Sequence record: SRR22947727_1424
Length of the DNA: 45,721 nt
Direction: 5' to 3' (one strand)
In this document: positions 10,652-19,500 of the stretch, in pieces
Layout of the letters: the number at the start of each line of letters is the position of its first letter
Position numbering within the stretch: position 1 is the first letter of the stretch
The notes under the pieces: model-generated
Told to the model about the DNA's origin: nothing
Databases searched by the model: none
The model's input: only the letters and a program-made list of their open reading frames with translations
Position numbers and translations under genes: made by a program

Positions 10652-11653
10652 CTAGATTAATTTGCCCATGGCCACAGCTGTATCGGCCATACGGTTGGAA
10701 AACGCCCATTCGTTGTCGTACCAAGACAGCACGCGCACCATATCACCGCCCATAATCAGGGTTTGATCTGCATGAAAAATAGACGAATGCGGATCGTGGT
10801 TGAAATCAGACGAGACCAATGGCGCATCCACGACATCAAGCACCCCTTTGAGTGGACCCGCGGCCGCCTTCTGCATCAGAGCCAAAATTTCGGCCGCATC
10901 CGTGCTGCGTCCGGCTTCGAAGGTGAGATCCACCGCTGAGACATTTGGGGTCGGCACCCGGATGGCGACGCCGTCCAATTTGCCGTTCAGTTCTGGCAGA
11001 ACCAAGCCAACAGCTTTGGCCGCGCCCGTGGTGGTTGGGATCATCGACAGGGCAGCGGCGCGCCCTCGGTAAAGGTCTTTATGCGTGCGATCCAATGTTG
11101 GTTGGTCGCCCGTATAGCTGTGAATCGTTGTCATCAGCCCGCGTTTGATGCCGATAGATTCGTGGAGGACTTTGGCAATGGGCGCCAAGCAGTTGGTGGT
11201 GCAGGACGCATTTGAAACAATTAAGTCATCCGCGGTTAATGCCTGGTGATTGACGCCATAGACGATGGTTTTATCGGCATCTTTACCAGGTGCCGAGATC
11301 AACACGCGGGAGGAGCCATTGTCGAGATAGGCTTGGCAATCGGCTTTGGAGGTGAAAATACCCGTGCATTCCATCACGACATCGACATCCGACCAGGGCA
11401 GATCCGCTGGATTGCGTATGGCCGTCACGCGTATGGGCCCTTGCCCGACATCAATAAAGTCTTCCCCATGGGTCACAGAGGCCGCGAACCGCCCGTGTAC
11501 GGAATCGTATTTCAACATATGCGCATTGGTTTGCACCGGACCGAGATCATTGATTGCGATGACCTGTAGATCTGTACGCCCTGATTCAACAATCGCGCGC
11601 AGTACATTGCGGCCAATACGACCAAACCCGTTGATTGCAACTTTTAATGTCAT
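10652..11653 (-). CDS. gap: Type I glyceraldehyde-3-phosphate dehydrogenase with NAD-type Asp32 signature
   Basis: INGFGRIGR, INDL, ASCTTNC, HSYTGDQ, WYDNEW; start trimmed to MTLKV. Confidence 0.96.
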   Translation of the reverse strand: MTLKVAINGFGRIGRNVLRAIVESGRTDLQVIAINDLGPVQTNAHMLKYDSVHGRFAASVTHGEDFIDVGQGPIRVTAIRNPADLPWSDVDVVMECTGIFTSKADCQAYLDNGSSRVLISAPGKDADKTIVYGVNHQALTADDLIVSNASCTTNCLAPIAKVLHESIGIKRGLMTTIHSYTGDQPTLDRTHKDLYRGRAAALSMIPTTTGAAKAVGLVLPELNGKLDGVAIRVPTPNVSAVDLTFEAGRSTDAAEILALMQKAAAGPLKGVLDVVDAPLVSSDFNHDPHSSIFHADQTLIMGGDMVRVLSWYDNEWAFSNRMADTAVAMGKLI

Positions 11654-11673
11654 ATCCAAGTCCCACTTTCTGT

Positions 11674-11710
11674 TGATAGCGCTAACATCACAGGTCGCGG
11701 AAAAAGTCAA
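11674..11710 (-). promoter_or_regulatory. Promoter of the downstream gap with a LacI-family (CceR-like) operator over the -10
   Basis: TTGACT at 11710-11705; near-palindrome TGTTAGCGCTATCA (11687-11674) starts 17 nt downstream. Confidence 0.6.
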
Positions 11711-11719
11711 CCGGCGCGG

Positions 11720-11863
11720 CTACCGCCAGAAGGCAATTGTGTCGATTAAGTCCAGAAATGAGCGTGCGAGGTATAATATTGCGGCGCCTTGCGTCAAAAA
11801 TAAGTCAACCGCAATGGCCGCAACGGCGGCAAGTGCAACATATAGGGCCAGGCGCGTGGTCAT
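11720..11863 (-). CDS. 47-aa membrane microprotein between the two gap genes (below the ORF-track cutoff)
   Basis: Hand translation MTTRLALYVALAAVAAIAVDLFLTQGAAILYLARSFLDLIDTIAFWR*; purine-rich SD (GGAGAGAGG); starts 14 nt after the upstream gap stop; hydrophobic N-terminal helix. Confidence 0.8.
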   Translation of the reverse strand: MTTRLALYVALAAVAAIAVDLFLTQGAAILYLARSFLDLIDTIAFWR

Positions 11864-11877
11864 CCTCTCTCCAACAA

Positions 11878-12879
11878 TTATTGGAGCTGCCCCATTTTAG
11901 CGGCCAAATCAGCCATGCGCACGGAAAAGCCCCATTCATTATCATACCATGATAATACGCGGACCGTTGTCCCGCCAACCACTTTGGTTTGATCGGGGGC
12001 AAAAATCGAAGACTCGGGCGTGTGATTGAAATCAATCGAAACTTTAGGCGCAGGGTCATACCCCAAAATGCCTGCCATTTCGCCCTTGGCGGCCCGCTCG
12101 ACCGCCGCGTTGACTTCCTCTTTTGTGACCGCGCGCGTAGCCTCAAAAGTGAGATCAACGCAAGAGACATTGGGAGTAGGGACGCGAATGGCCGTGCCGT
12201 CCAGCCGCCCTGCCATTTCCGGCAGGACCTCGCCAAGCGCCTTGGCCGCCCCGGTCGATGTGGGAATCAAAGCCATGGCCGCTGCCCGAGCGCGATAGAG
12301 ATCACTGTGACGGCGATCTAGGGTCGGTTGGTCGCCGGTATAGCTGTGGATCGTGGTCATGATCCCTCGTTCGATGCCAATCGCGTCGTTGAGCGCTTTG
12401 GCCAGCGGGGCAAGGCAATTGGTCGTACAAGATCCATTTGAGATCATCACATCATTGGGCAAGAGCGCGGCCTCATTGGCCCCCAAAACGATGGTGCGAT
12501 CCACATTGACCGCCGGGGCTGAAATCAGGACCTTTTTGGCCCCCCGCGCGAGATGGACCTTGGCTTTATCGCCGTCGTTGAAATTGCCAGTGCATTCCAA
12601 AACAACATCCACGCCGCTCCAGTCGAGCGTATTGGGGTCATAGGAGGAGAACATTTCAATCGGTCCAAGCCCGAGATCCAGCGTACCATCGCCAACGGTA
12701 ATTTCCCCGTTGAATCGTCCATGCACACTGTCATAGCGCATCAAATGTGCGCTGGTTTCCAGCGGGCCTGTGGCATTGATCTTAACCACTTCCACATCTT
12801 TGCGGCCAGAGGAGACGATATGCGCTAACACGCAGCGACCGATGCGGCCAAATCCATTGATGCCAATTCTTACTGTCAC
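11878..12879 (-). CDS. gap: Type I glyceraldehyde-3-phosphate dehydrogenase lacking Asp32 (GapB-like, possibly NADP-using)
   Basis: INGFGRIGR, KINATG, GSCTTNC, HSYTGDQ, WYDNEWGF; GTG start at 12879. Confidence 0.95.
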   Translation of the reverse strand: MTVRIGINGFGRIGRCVLAHIVSSGRKDVEVVKINATGPLETSAHLMRYDSVHGRFNGEITVGDGTLDLGLGPIEMFSSYDPNTLDWSGVDVVLECTGNFNDGDKAKVHLARGAKKVLISAPAVNVDRTIVLGANEAALLPNDVMISNGSCTTNCLAPLAKALNDAIGIERGIMTTIHSYTGDQPTLDRRHSDLYRARAAAMALIPTSTGAAKALGEVLPEMAGRLDGTAIRVPTPNVSCVDLTFEATRAVTKEEVNAAVERAAKGEMAGILGYDPAPKVSIDFNHTPESSIFAPDQTKVVGGTTVRVLSWYDNEWGFSVRMADLAAKMGQLQ

Positions 12880-12963
12880 AGCTCTCACCTTTTGCCAATT
12901 CTTGTCGGTGAAGTAGCAAGGTCTGAGGGGCATTTAAAGTTCAAAGCAAAAGGATTTTCAACT

Positions 12964-12995
12964 TGTTAGCGAAAACATTTGTGTTAGCGTTAACC
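12964..12995. promoter_or_regulatory. Tandem LacI-family (CceR-like) operators upstream of the GapB-like gene
   Basis: TGTT-AGCGAA-AACA (12964-12977) and TGTT-AGCGTT-AACC (12982-12995), just upstream of a minus-strand TTGAAA at 12961-12956. Confidence 0.65.
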
Positions 12996-13031
12996 GCTTA
13001 CGGTAACAGCGTTTGTCACGAGATTTGCCAG

Positions 13032-13066
13032 GCCAAAAGGCTGCGGTGCCACCCGCAGCCTTTGGC
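13032..13066 (-). terminator. Intrinsic terminator of tkt
   Basis: Minus strand GGCTGCGG-gtggca-CCGCAGCC-TTTT directly after the tkt stop. Confidence 0.75.
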
Positions 13067-13070
13067 TGTT

Positions 13071-15086
13071 TTAGAGTAGGGATTTGACTTTGCGCACAAC
13101 CGCCTCTGCGGTGATGCCATACTCTTCATAGAGCCGATCGGCTGGGGCCGAGGCCCCAAAGCCCGTCATGCCGACAAAACCAGCCTTGGCCTCACGTCCG
13201 CGTTCGCCCAAAAGCCATTGATCCCACCCAATGCGCACGGCCGCTTCCACGGCCACGCGCACTGCGCCGCCTGGCAAAATACGTTTGCGATAGGCGTCAT
13301 CTTGTTGGGCAAAGAGCTCCATGCAGGGCATGGAAACGACGCGGGTGCCAATACCTTCGGCTTGCAGCAAGTCGCGGGCCTCTAGTGCCAGCGAGACCTC
13401 CGTGCCGGTTGCCATCAAAATCGCTTGGCGCTTGCCCTCGGCCTCGGCCAAAACATAGGCGCCGCGCGCGCTGAGGTTTGCCGACTTATACTCATGACGC
13501 ACCGCTGGCACGCCCTGACGTGAAAGCGCCATGACGGTTGGTGTGCTTGGTTGGCTCAACGCCACTTCCCAGGCTTCTGCCGTCTCTGTGATATCGGCTG
13601 GGCGGAAAACCAACGTGTTGGGCGTGGCGCGGGAAATGGCCAAATGCTCAACCGGTTGATGTGTGGGACCATCTTCGCCCAGGCCAATAGAATCATGCGT
13701 CATGACATAGACAGTCGGAACGCCCATCAAAGCCGAGAGGCGCATGGCGCCGCGGGCGTAATCGGTGAAGCACATAAACGTGCCGCCGTAGGGGCGAATC
13801 CCGCCATGCAGCGCCATACCGTTCATTGCAGCGGCCATGCCATGCTCGCGGATCCCGTAGTAAATATAGCGACCGGCGCGATTTTCGGGATCAAAAATCC
13901 CCATATCCGCGGTTTTTGTATTGTTAGACCCGGTCAAATCAGCTGAGCCGCCGACAGTTTCAGGCATCACAGGATTGACCGCCTGCAAGGTTTTTTCCGA
14001 GGCCGATCGCGTGGCCAGTTTTGGTTTAGTCTCTGCGGCATCTTTCTTGATCTTGCGGATCGCCGCGGCCAGTTTCTTGGGGGCATCTCCGGCAAAGGCG
14101 CGGTTGAATTGCGCTTGCTTTGAGGCGGAAAGACCAGAAAAGCGGTTGTCCCATTCGGCGCGTTCCGCGCTGCCGCGGGCGCCAATGGCCTCCCAAGCGG
14201 CTTTGACATCGGCTCGAATTTCAAATGCGCCATAGTGCCAGCCATAGGCGGCTTTGGCATCGGCCAGTTGCGCCGCATCCGTCAGCGCACCATGCCCTTT
14301 TGATGTGTCCTGTGCCGCGTGCCCCAGCGCGATATGGGTTTTACAGGCAATCATAGAGGGTTTCTTAGATTTACGCGCGGCCGTTAAGGCCTCATCAATG
14401 GCAATCGGGTCATGGCCATCAATGGCTTGCACATGCCAGCCAGAGGCTTTGAAACGCTGCAGCTGATCTGTCCGATCTGACAGCTCAACCGTGCCGTCGA
14501 TGGTGATGTTATTGTCATCCCATAGCACGATTAGCTGTCCCAGCTCATGGCGGCCAGCAAGTCCGATGGCCTCTTGGCTGATCCCTTCCATCAAGCAACC
14601 GTCCCCGGCGATGACATAGGTGTTATGGTTCTGAATTTTTTTGCCGTAGGTGGCACGCAATATTTCTTCGGCGATGGCGAAGCCAACCGAATTGGCAATC
14701 CCCTGTCCCAGTGGGCCAGTCGTGGTTTCAATGCCAGACGCGTGGCCATATTCTGGATGCCCGGCGGTTTTTGCACCCCATTGGCGGAAGTTTTTGATCT
14801 CATCGAGCGTCATATCCGCATATCCGGTCAGGTGGAGCAGGGCGTAGAGCAGCATCGATCCATGCCCCGCCGAAAGAATGAAGCGATCGCGATCTGGCCA
14901 ATTGGGCGCGGCGGCGTCAAATTTCATGTGCTTTTCGAACAGAACGGTGGCCACATCGGCCATGCCCATCGCCATCCCTGAATGACCCGAATTTGCGGCC
15001 GCAACCGCATCCAGCGTCAAAGCACGAATAGCGGCGGCTTTTTTCCAATGTTCAGGGTTCTTGGCGGCGAGTGCTTTGAGATCCAC
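13071..15086 (-). CDS. tkt: Transketolase
   Basis: [24 protein letters not shown] motif, [26 protein letters not shown] start at 15086 inferred. Confidence 0.97.
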   Translation of the reverse strand: MDLKALAAKNPEHWKKAAAIRALTLDAVAAANSGHSGMAMGMADVATVLFEKHMKFDAAAPNWPDRDRFILSAGHGSMLLYALLHLTGYADMTLDEIKNFRQWGAKTAGHPEYGHASGIETTTGPLGQGIANSVGFAIAEEILRATYGKKIQNHNTYVIAGDGCLMEGISQEAIGLAGRHELGQLIVLWDDNNITIDGTVELSDRTDQLQRFKASGWHVQAIDGHDPIAIDEALTAARKSKKPSMIACKTHIALGHAAQDTSKGHGALTDAAQLADAKAAYGWHYGAFEIRADVKAAWEAIGARGSAERAEWDNRFSGLSASKQAQFNRAFAGDAPKKLAAAIRKIKKDAAETKPKLATRSASEKTLQAVNPVMPETVGGSADLTGSNNTKTADMGIFDPENRAGRYIYYGIREHGMAAAMNGMALHGGIRPYGGTFMCFTDYARGAMRLSALMGVPTVYVMTHDSIGLGEDGPTHQPVEHLAISRATPNTLVFRPADITETAEAWEVALSQPSTPTVMALSRQGVPAVRHEYKSANLSARGAYVLAEAEGKRQAILMATGTEVSLALEARDLLQAEGIGTRVVSMPCMELFAQQDDAYRKRILPGGAVRVAVEAAVRIGWDQWLLGERGREAKAGFVGMTGFGASAPADRLYEEYGITAEAVVRKVKSLL

Positions 15087-15197
15087 GGAGCTAACTTTCT
15101 GTAAGGGCAAACGTTGATGCTTCCTATCAAGTGAAGAGGGAATATCAAGTAACCTGACCCATTTCTTAAAAAATGTTTCAAGCGCCGGCTCTTGGAC

Positions 15198-15242
15198 GTT
15201 AAGGTTAATTTAACCTACCTTAGGGGTGGTCTATGCGATTCG
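15198..15242 (+). promoter_or_regulatory. CtrA box plus CcrM/GcrA motif upstream of the zapA operon
   Basis: GTTAA-GGTTAAT-TTAAC (15198-15214) is a full TTAA-N7-TTAAC on both strands; CGATTCG (15236-15242) fits YGAKTCG. Confidence 0.7.
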
Positions 15243-15285
15243 AGACAGCTGATGGTGGCGTTTGAGCAGGGGTGTGAGATGAGCA

Positions 15286-15669
15286 ATGAGTGATGTTTCT
15301 GTTTTAGAACAAAGAATTACAGCGGCTATACGGCGCATATCTGCGGTGACGGAGGCCGTGCCTCTCAACGGTGCCGCATCGGCGCCAGCGCCAGTTGAGC
15401 CTGCGGCGCCTGAAAATGTTCATAGTGACGCTCTCACAGCTCTTGACGCGCAATTGTCACAAGTGATGCAATCCAACGCGCAACTGCGGGCGTCAAATCA
15501 AGCACTGCGCGCGGCCAATGCCGAAGGCCTGGGGGATGCAAGTCTGATTAATGCAGGGATGCAGGCTCAGATTGATGCATTGACCGCAGAACGGGCCGCA
15601 GAGGCTGCGCAGCTTGAGCTGTTACTGACGGCTTTGACCCAAACCGATGAGGAGCCGCGCGATGCCTGA
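15286..15669 (+). CDS. Coiled-coil protein upstream of zapA (ZauP-like by position)
   Basis: Ala/Leu/Gln heptad-rich 127 aa; overlaps the zapA start by 8 nt. Confidence 0.75.
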   Translation: MSDVSVLEQRITAAIRRISAVTEAVPLNGAASAPAPVEPAAPENVHSDALTALDAQLSQVMQSNAQLRASNQALRAANAEGLGDASLINAGMQAQIDALTAERAAEAAQLELLLTALTQTDEEPRDA

Positions 15670-16066
15670 AGTCACCATCAAAATTGGCCAACGCCCCTAT
15701 ACAGTCAACTGCCCAGCAGGTGAGGAGCCACAGCTGCAAATGGCCCGGGCCGCGTTGGATGCCGAGGCCAGCACCCTTCTGGCTCACGCGGGCCGCGTGC
15801 CAGAAGCTCAGATGTTGTTGATGTCTGGTCTGATGCTTGCAGATCGCACATTGGCATTGGAGGAAAAATTAAAGGCGGCAGAGGCCGCTCTGGCGCAGGA
15901 AAAGACGGCGGCCCATGATATTTCCCCAGAAATCAAAACAGTGGTCACAGAAGTTGAAGTGCCCGTTGTGCCGCCCGCCTTATTGGAGAGCCTCGCAGAA
16001 TTGGCCGCGCGCGCGGAAGCTGCGGCAGATGATCTGGAAGAGAGAATAGCCCAATCCGCTGGGTAG
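15662..16066 (+). CDS. zapA: Cell division protein ZapA
   Basis: MPEVTIKIGQRPYTVNC..GEE..L, LLMSGLMLAD; GAGGAG SD. Confidence 0.92.
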   Translation: MPEVTIKIGQRPYTVNCPAGEEPQLQMARAALDAEASTLLAHAGRVPEAQMLLMSGLMLADRTLALEEKLKAAEAALAQEKTAAHDISPEIKTVVTEVEVPVVPPALLESLAELAARAEAAADDLEERIAQSAG

Positions 16067-16128
16067 CGAAAAGGGATCATCTGGCGGTGTCGTCCCCCGG
16101 TTTGTAATCTCAGAGGGGCCTGGATGCG

Positions 16129-16494
16129 TTAGCCGTCTGAGTTTGCCTTGCGAATTTCATCCGCGGCATCTTGGTTGTAACTGACCTCATTTTCAGCCAG
16201 GAGCCCATCCAATTCCCCCGATAGGGTCATGTCCCGGACAATATCGCAGCCGCCGATGAATTCACCTTTCACATAGAGCTGCGGAATAGTGGGCCAATCG
16301 GAGTAGTCTTTGATTCCCTGGCGAATGGCATCATCGACCAGAACATTCACGTCGTGATACTCCACACCCATATAGTTCAATATACCGGCGATTTGGCTTG
16401 AGAAGCCGCATTGCGGCATGGAGGCGGTGCCTTTCATGAACAGGACAACATCATTCGATGTCACTGTTTCGCGGATTTTATCTTCAGCGCTCAT
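16129..16494 (-). CDS. grxD: Monothiol glutaredoxin Grx4
   Basis: [30 protein letters not shown]; start trimmed to MSAED. Confidence 0.96.
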   Translation of the reverse strand: MSAEDKIRETVTSNDVVLFMKGTASMPQCGFSSQIAGILNYMGVEYHDVNVLVDDAIRQGIKDYSDWPTIPQLYVKGEFIGGCDIVRDMTLSGELDGLLAENEVSYNQDAADEIRKANSDG

Positions 16495-16744
16495 CTTTTG
16501 GCTTTCTGTTTTTGGGCACAAATTGCTGTGCGTATTTCTGTGGGTCCTTTGGAACCCGAAAACTGCCCGAATGTCCACCTCCGCCACCGCCGGAAAAATA
16601 GTCCGCTCGAACCTCGTGATCGCCCTGACCGGGCAAGGAGCCGCGGCCTTGGTCTTTTTCGTGCCGGATGACCCAAAGGGCCCGGAGAAACAATAAGATC
16701 AATATTGCAAGAGAAAAATATGCAATGAGACCCAAGTCAAACAT
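16484..16744 (-). CDS. Small single-pass membrane protein of unknown function
   Basis: 86 aa; hydrophobic residues ~2-26, YFSGGGGGG and [14 protein letters not shown]; fills the bolA-grxD gap exactly. Confidence 0.75.
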   Translation of the reverse strand: MFDLGLIAYFSLAILILLFLRALWVIRHEKDQGRGSLPGQGDHEVRADYFSGGGGGGHSGSFRVPKDPQKYAQQFVPKNRKPKDER

Positions 16745-16745
16745 A

Positions 16746-16988
16746 TCAGCTCGGCGCCTTGGTGGTCAGCGCAAGCGCGTGCAGCTCCCCATGAGCTCCG
16801 TCCATTTTGCCTTTCAATGCGGCATAAACTGCGCGATGCTGTTGCACCCGGTTTTTGCCTGCAAAGCTGGCATCGGTCACCTCAGCGGCGTAATGATTGC
16901 CATCCCCAGCCAGATCCGTGATCGTGATCTGCGCCTCGGGAAAAGACTCCCGGATCAGAGCTTCAATATCTTGTGCGGCCATGGCCAT
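16746..16988 (-). CDS. bolA: BolA family protein
   Basis: DLAGDGNHY, FAGKNRVQQHRAVY, LHALALTT; AAGGA SD. Confidence 0.93.
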   Translation of the reverse strand: MAMAAQDIEALIRESFPEAQITITDLAGDGNHYAAEVTDASFAGKNRVQQHRAVYAALKGKMDGAHGELHALALTTKAPS

Positions 16989-17017
16989 TGGGCGTTTCCT
17001 TGCTTGGTATAACTCGA

Positions 17018-17046
17018 AGGTAGAGCCGAGCGCTGTTGTTTTCAAG
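17018..17046 (-). promoter_or_regulatory. RpoH-like promoter of bolA-orf-grxD
   Basis: Minus strand CTTGAA-N17-CTACCT overlapping the purL stop. Confidence 0.5.
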
Positions 17047-19201
17047 TGACCGCATCGGCGAAACTGTTGCGGAAAATACTACTAAGCTCGGACAGCTCGG
17101 CCTGTTGCGCGCCAAAGCTGACCTGCGTGCCGCCAAAGCGCCCGACACAGGTGGCCGGAACCCCGAGATTGCCGGCCGCAGCCAGAAGCGCTTCGGCTTG
17201 ATCAAAGTTGCAGGCCACCAGATAGCGGGCTTGATCCTCACCGAACAGCTCTGCGGTGCCTTCTGTATCGAGGCTAACGCCGACATTTGCCGCTTCGGCC
17301 ATTTCAAAAGCAGCCAAGGCCAATCCACCATCGGACAGATCGCTACAGGCCGTAATCCAGGCGCTATTGGTGCGGATAAATTCTCCATGTTTCTTTTCAG
17401 CTTCAAGATCCACAGGCGGCGCATCGCCTTCCACGCGGTTAAAGACTTCCGCCAAGAGGGCAGATTGCCCAAGGTGCCCGTTGGTTTCGCCAATCAAAAT
17501 CGCCATATGACCCTCGCGCGCCAACCCTGTGATGGCGTCATCCGCATCGGCAATGAGGCCGACAGCGCCAATGGTCGGTGTCGGCAGAATGCCCGAGCCG
17601 TCCGTCTCATTATAGAGCGACACATTGCCAGAGACGATCGGCATATCGAGGGCGGCCACAGCGGCACCGATGCCTTTGATCGCTCCCACAAATTGACCCA
17701 TGATTTCTGGTTTTTCTGGATTTCCAAAGTTCAAATTATCGGTTGTGGCCAGGGGGAGGGCGCCCACCGCTGTGAGGTTGCGATAGGCCTCTGCCACCGC
17801 TTGCTTGCCTCCTTCAAACGGATTGGCCGCCACGTAGCGCGGCGTCACGTCAGAGGTAAAGGCCAGCGCCTTTTGCGTGCCATGCACCCGCACGATGCCC
17901 GAGCCCATGCCTGGCGTGCGCAGGCTATCGGCCATCACTTGGCTGTCATATTGTTCATATACCCATTGTTTGGCCGCGTAATTCGGGCTGGAGATTAGCA
18001 TTTTTAGCCCGTCAATTGGATCGATATGCGGCACATCCCCCAGCGGCTCCGCTGCCGGTGTCTCAACCCAAGGGCGGTCATATTCCGGCGCCGTACCCGA
18101 GAGCGCCTTGAGCGGCAGATCGGCTTTGACCTCGCCGTTCATCACGATCAAGAAGCGGTCTTCGGCAATCGTTTCGCCCACAATGGCGAAATCCAGATCC
18201 CATTTATCAAAGACAGCCTTCGCTTGCTCTTCCAGTTCGGGTTTTAGCACCATGAGCATGCGTTCTTGCGATTCCGACAGCATCATCTCATAGGCGGTCA
18301 TATTCAGCTCGCGGGTTGGTACTTTTTCAAGATCCAAGCGCACACCTAAATTGCCCTTGTCTCCCATTTCGACCGCAGAGCAGGTCAGGCCCGCGGCGCC
18401 CATGTCTTGAATGGAAATCACAGCGCCTGTGGCCATAAGCTCTAATGTGGCTTCCATGAGGCGTTTTTCGGTGAAAGGGTCGCCAACCTGCACTGTTGGG
18501 CGCTTATCTTCGATGGTGTCGTCAAATTCAGCGCTGGCCATCGTCGCGCCGCCAACCCCATCGCGTCCAGTTTTGGCGCCCAAGTAAACCACCGGCATGC
18601 CGACGCCTGAAGCGGCGGAATAAAAGATCTTATCGGTATCTGCGAGACCGGCAGCAAAGGCGTTCACAAGGCAATTGCCGTTATAGGCCGGATCAAAGCG
18701 CACTTCGCCGCCAATAGTCGGTACGCCAAAGCAATTGCCATAGCCGCCAACGCCCGCCACCACACCAGAAACCAAAGACTTGGTTTTGGGATGATCGGGA
18801 CTGCCAAAGGACAAAGAGTTCATCGCCGCAATAGGCCGCGCGCCCATCGTAAACACATCACGCAAAATGCCGCCAACGCCCGTGGCCGCGCCCTGATAGG
18901 GTTCGATATAGCTGGGGTGATTGTGGCTTTCCATTTTGAAAATCACAGCCTGCCCGTCGCCAATATCAACAACACCGGCATTCTCACCGGGGCCGCAAAT
19001 CACCTGTGGCCCTTCGGTGGGCAGGGTGCGGAGCCATTTTTTCGAGGATTTATAGGAGCAATGCTCATTCCACATGGCAGAGAAGATGCCCATTTCCGTA
19101 AAGCTCGGGTCCCGGCCTATGATTTCGAGAATGCGATCGTACTCGTCTGGGCTCAGCCCATGGGCGGCAATAAGGTCGGGCGTTATCACTGGATCTTGCA
19201 A
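17042..19201 (-). CDS. purL: Phosphoribosylformylglycinamidine synthase subunit PurL
   Basis: [54 protein letters not shown] start at 19201 inferred from the AAGGG SD. Confidence 0.97.
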   Translation of the reverse strand: MQDPVITPDLIAAHGLSPDEYDRILEIIGRDPSFTEMGIFSAMWNEHCSYKSSKKWLRTLPTEGPQVICGPGENAGVVDIGDGQAVIFKMESHNHPSYIEPYQGAATGVGGILRDVFTMGARPIAAMNSLSFGSPDHPKTKSLVSGVVAGVGGYGNCFGVPTIGGEVRFDPAYNGNCLVNAFAAGLADTDKIFYSAASGVGMPVVYLGAKTGRDGVGGATMASAEFDDTIEDKRPTVQVGDPFTEKRLMEATLELMATGAVISIQDMGAAGLTCSAVEMGDKGNLGVRLDLEKVPTRELNMTAYEMMLSESQERMLMVLKPELEEQAKAVFDKWDLDFAIVGETIAEDRFLIVMNGEVKADLPLKALSGTAPEYDRPWVETPAAEPLGDVPHIDPIDGLKMLISSPNYAAKQWVYEQYDSQVMADSLRTPGMGSGIVRVHGTQKALAFTSDVTPRYVAANPFEGGKQAVAEAYRNLTAVGALPLATTDNLNFGNPEKPEIMGQFVGAIKGIGAAVAALDMPIVSGNVSLYNETDGSGILPTPTIGAVGLIADADDAITGLAREGHMAILIGETNGHLGQSALLAEVFNRVEGDAPPVDLEAEKKHGEFIRTNSAWITACSDLSDGGLALAAFEMAEAANVGVSLDTEGTAELFGEDQARYLVACNFDQAEALLAAAGNLGVPATCVGRFGGTQVSFGAQQAELSELSSIFRNSFADAVT

Positions 19202-19347
19202 GTTGTCATCCCTTACGGTGCAAATTTGCACCCTGATACGAAAGTTAACGGGCAGAGGGAAGGTTGGAATAGCTATTAAATGCCGCATTTGCCCGAAAGA
19301 CTGGTGGAATTGGCAAATATCAAGCTCAACCGCATGGGCGCGCGGGC

Positions 19348-19426
19348 AAAAAAAATGCCGGGCACAGGGCCCGGCGTAAGTCCAACAGGGAGGTTATGAG
19401 GGGCTACCACTGGCTGCCGTCCTCAT
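19348..19426 (-). ncRNA. SorY/SuhB(MmgR)-like small RNA
   Basis: 5' hairpin AUGAGG..CCUCAU, single-stranded anti-SD ACCUCCCUGUUGGACUU, terminator GCCGGGC-ccugu-GCCCGGC-A-U8; lysR-purL location as recalled for R. sphaeroides SorY. Confidence 0.78.
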
Positions 19427-19433
19427 GAGGCGT

Positions 19434-19462
19434 ATTTAGGAGCGCCAATGCATCCCTGCAAG
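19434..19462 (-). promoter_or_regulatory. RpoH-type promoter of the sRNA
   Basis: CTTG-N19-CTAAAT, 7 nt upstream of the predicted +1 at 19426. Confidence 0.62.
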
Positions 19463-19500
19463 CCCTCTGGGCGCAAAGCCGCTATGCGCTCAGAGCATAG

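Noticed and set aside
11878..12879. Upstream gap copy as erythrose-4-phosphate dehydrogenase (epd), suggested by its position after tkt
   Set aside because: Retains HSYT and IPTSTG phosphate-site residues of phosphorylating GAPDH
16067..16128. 6S RNA downstream of zapA
   Set aside because: Gap is only 62 nt, far short of a 6S RNA
17036..17998. 320-aa plus-strand ORF
   Set aside because: Antisense shadow of purL
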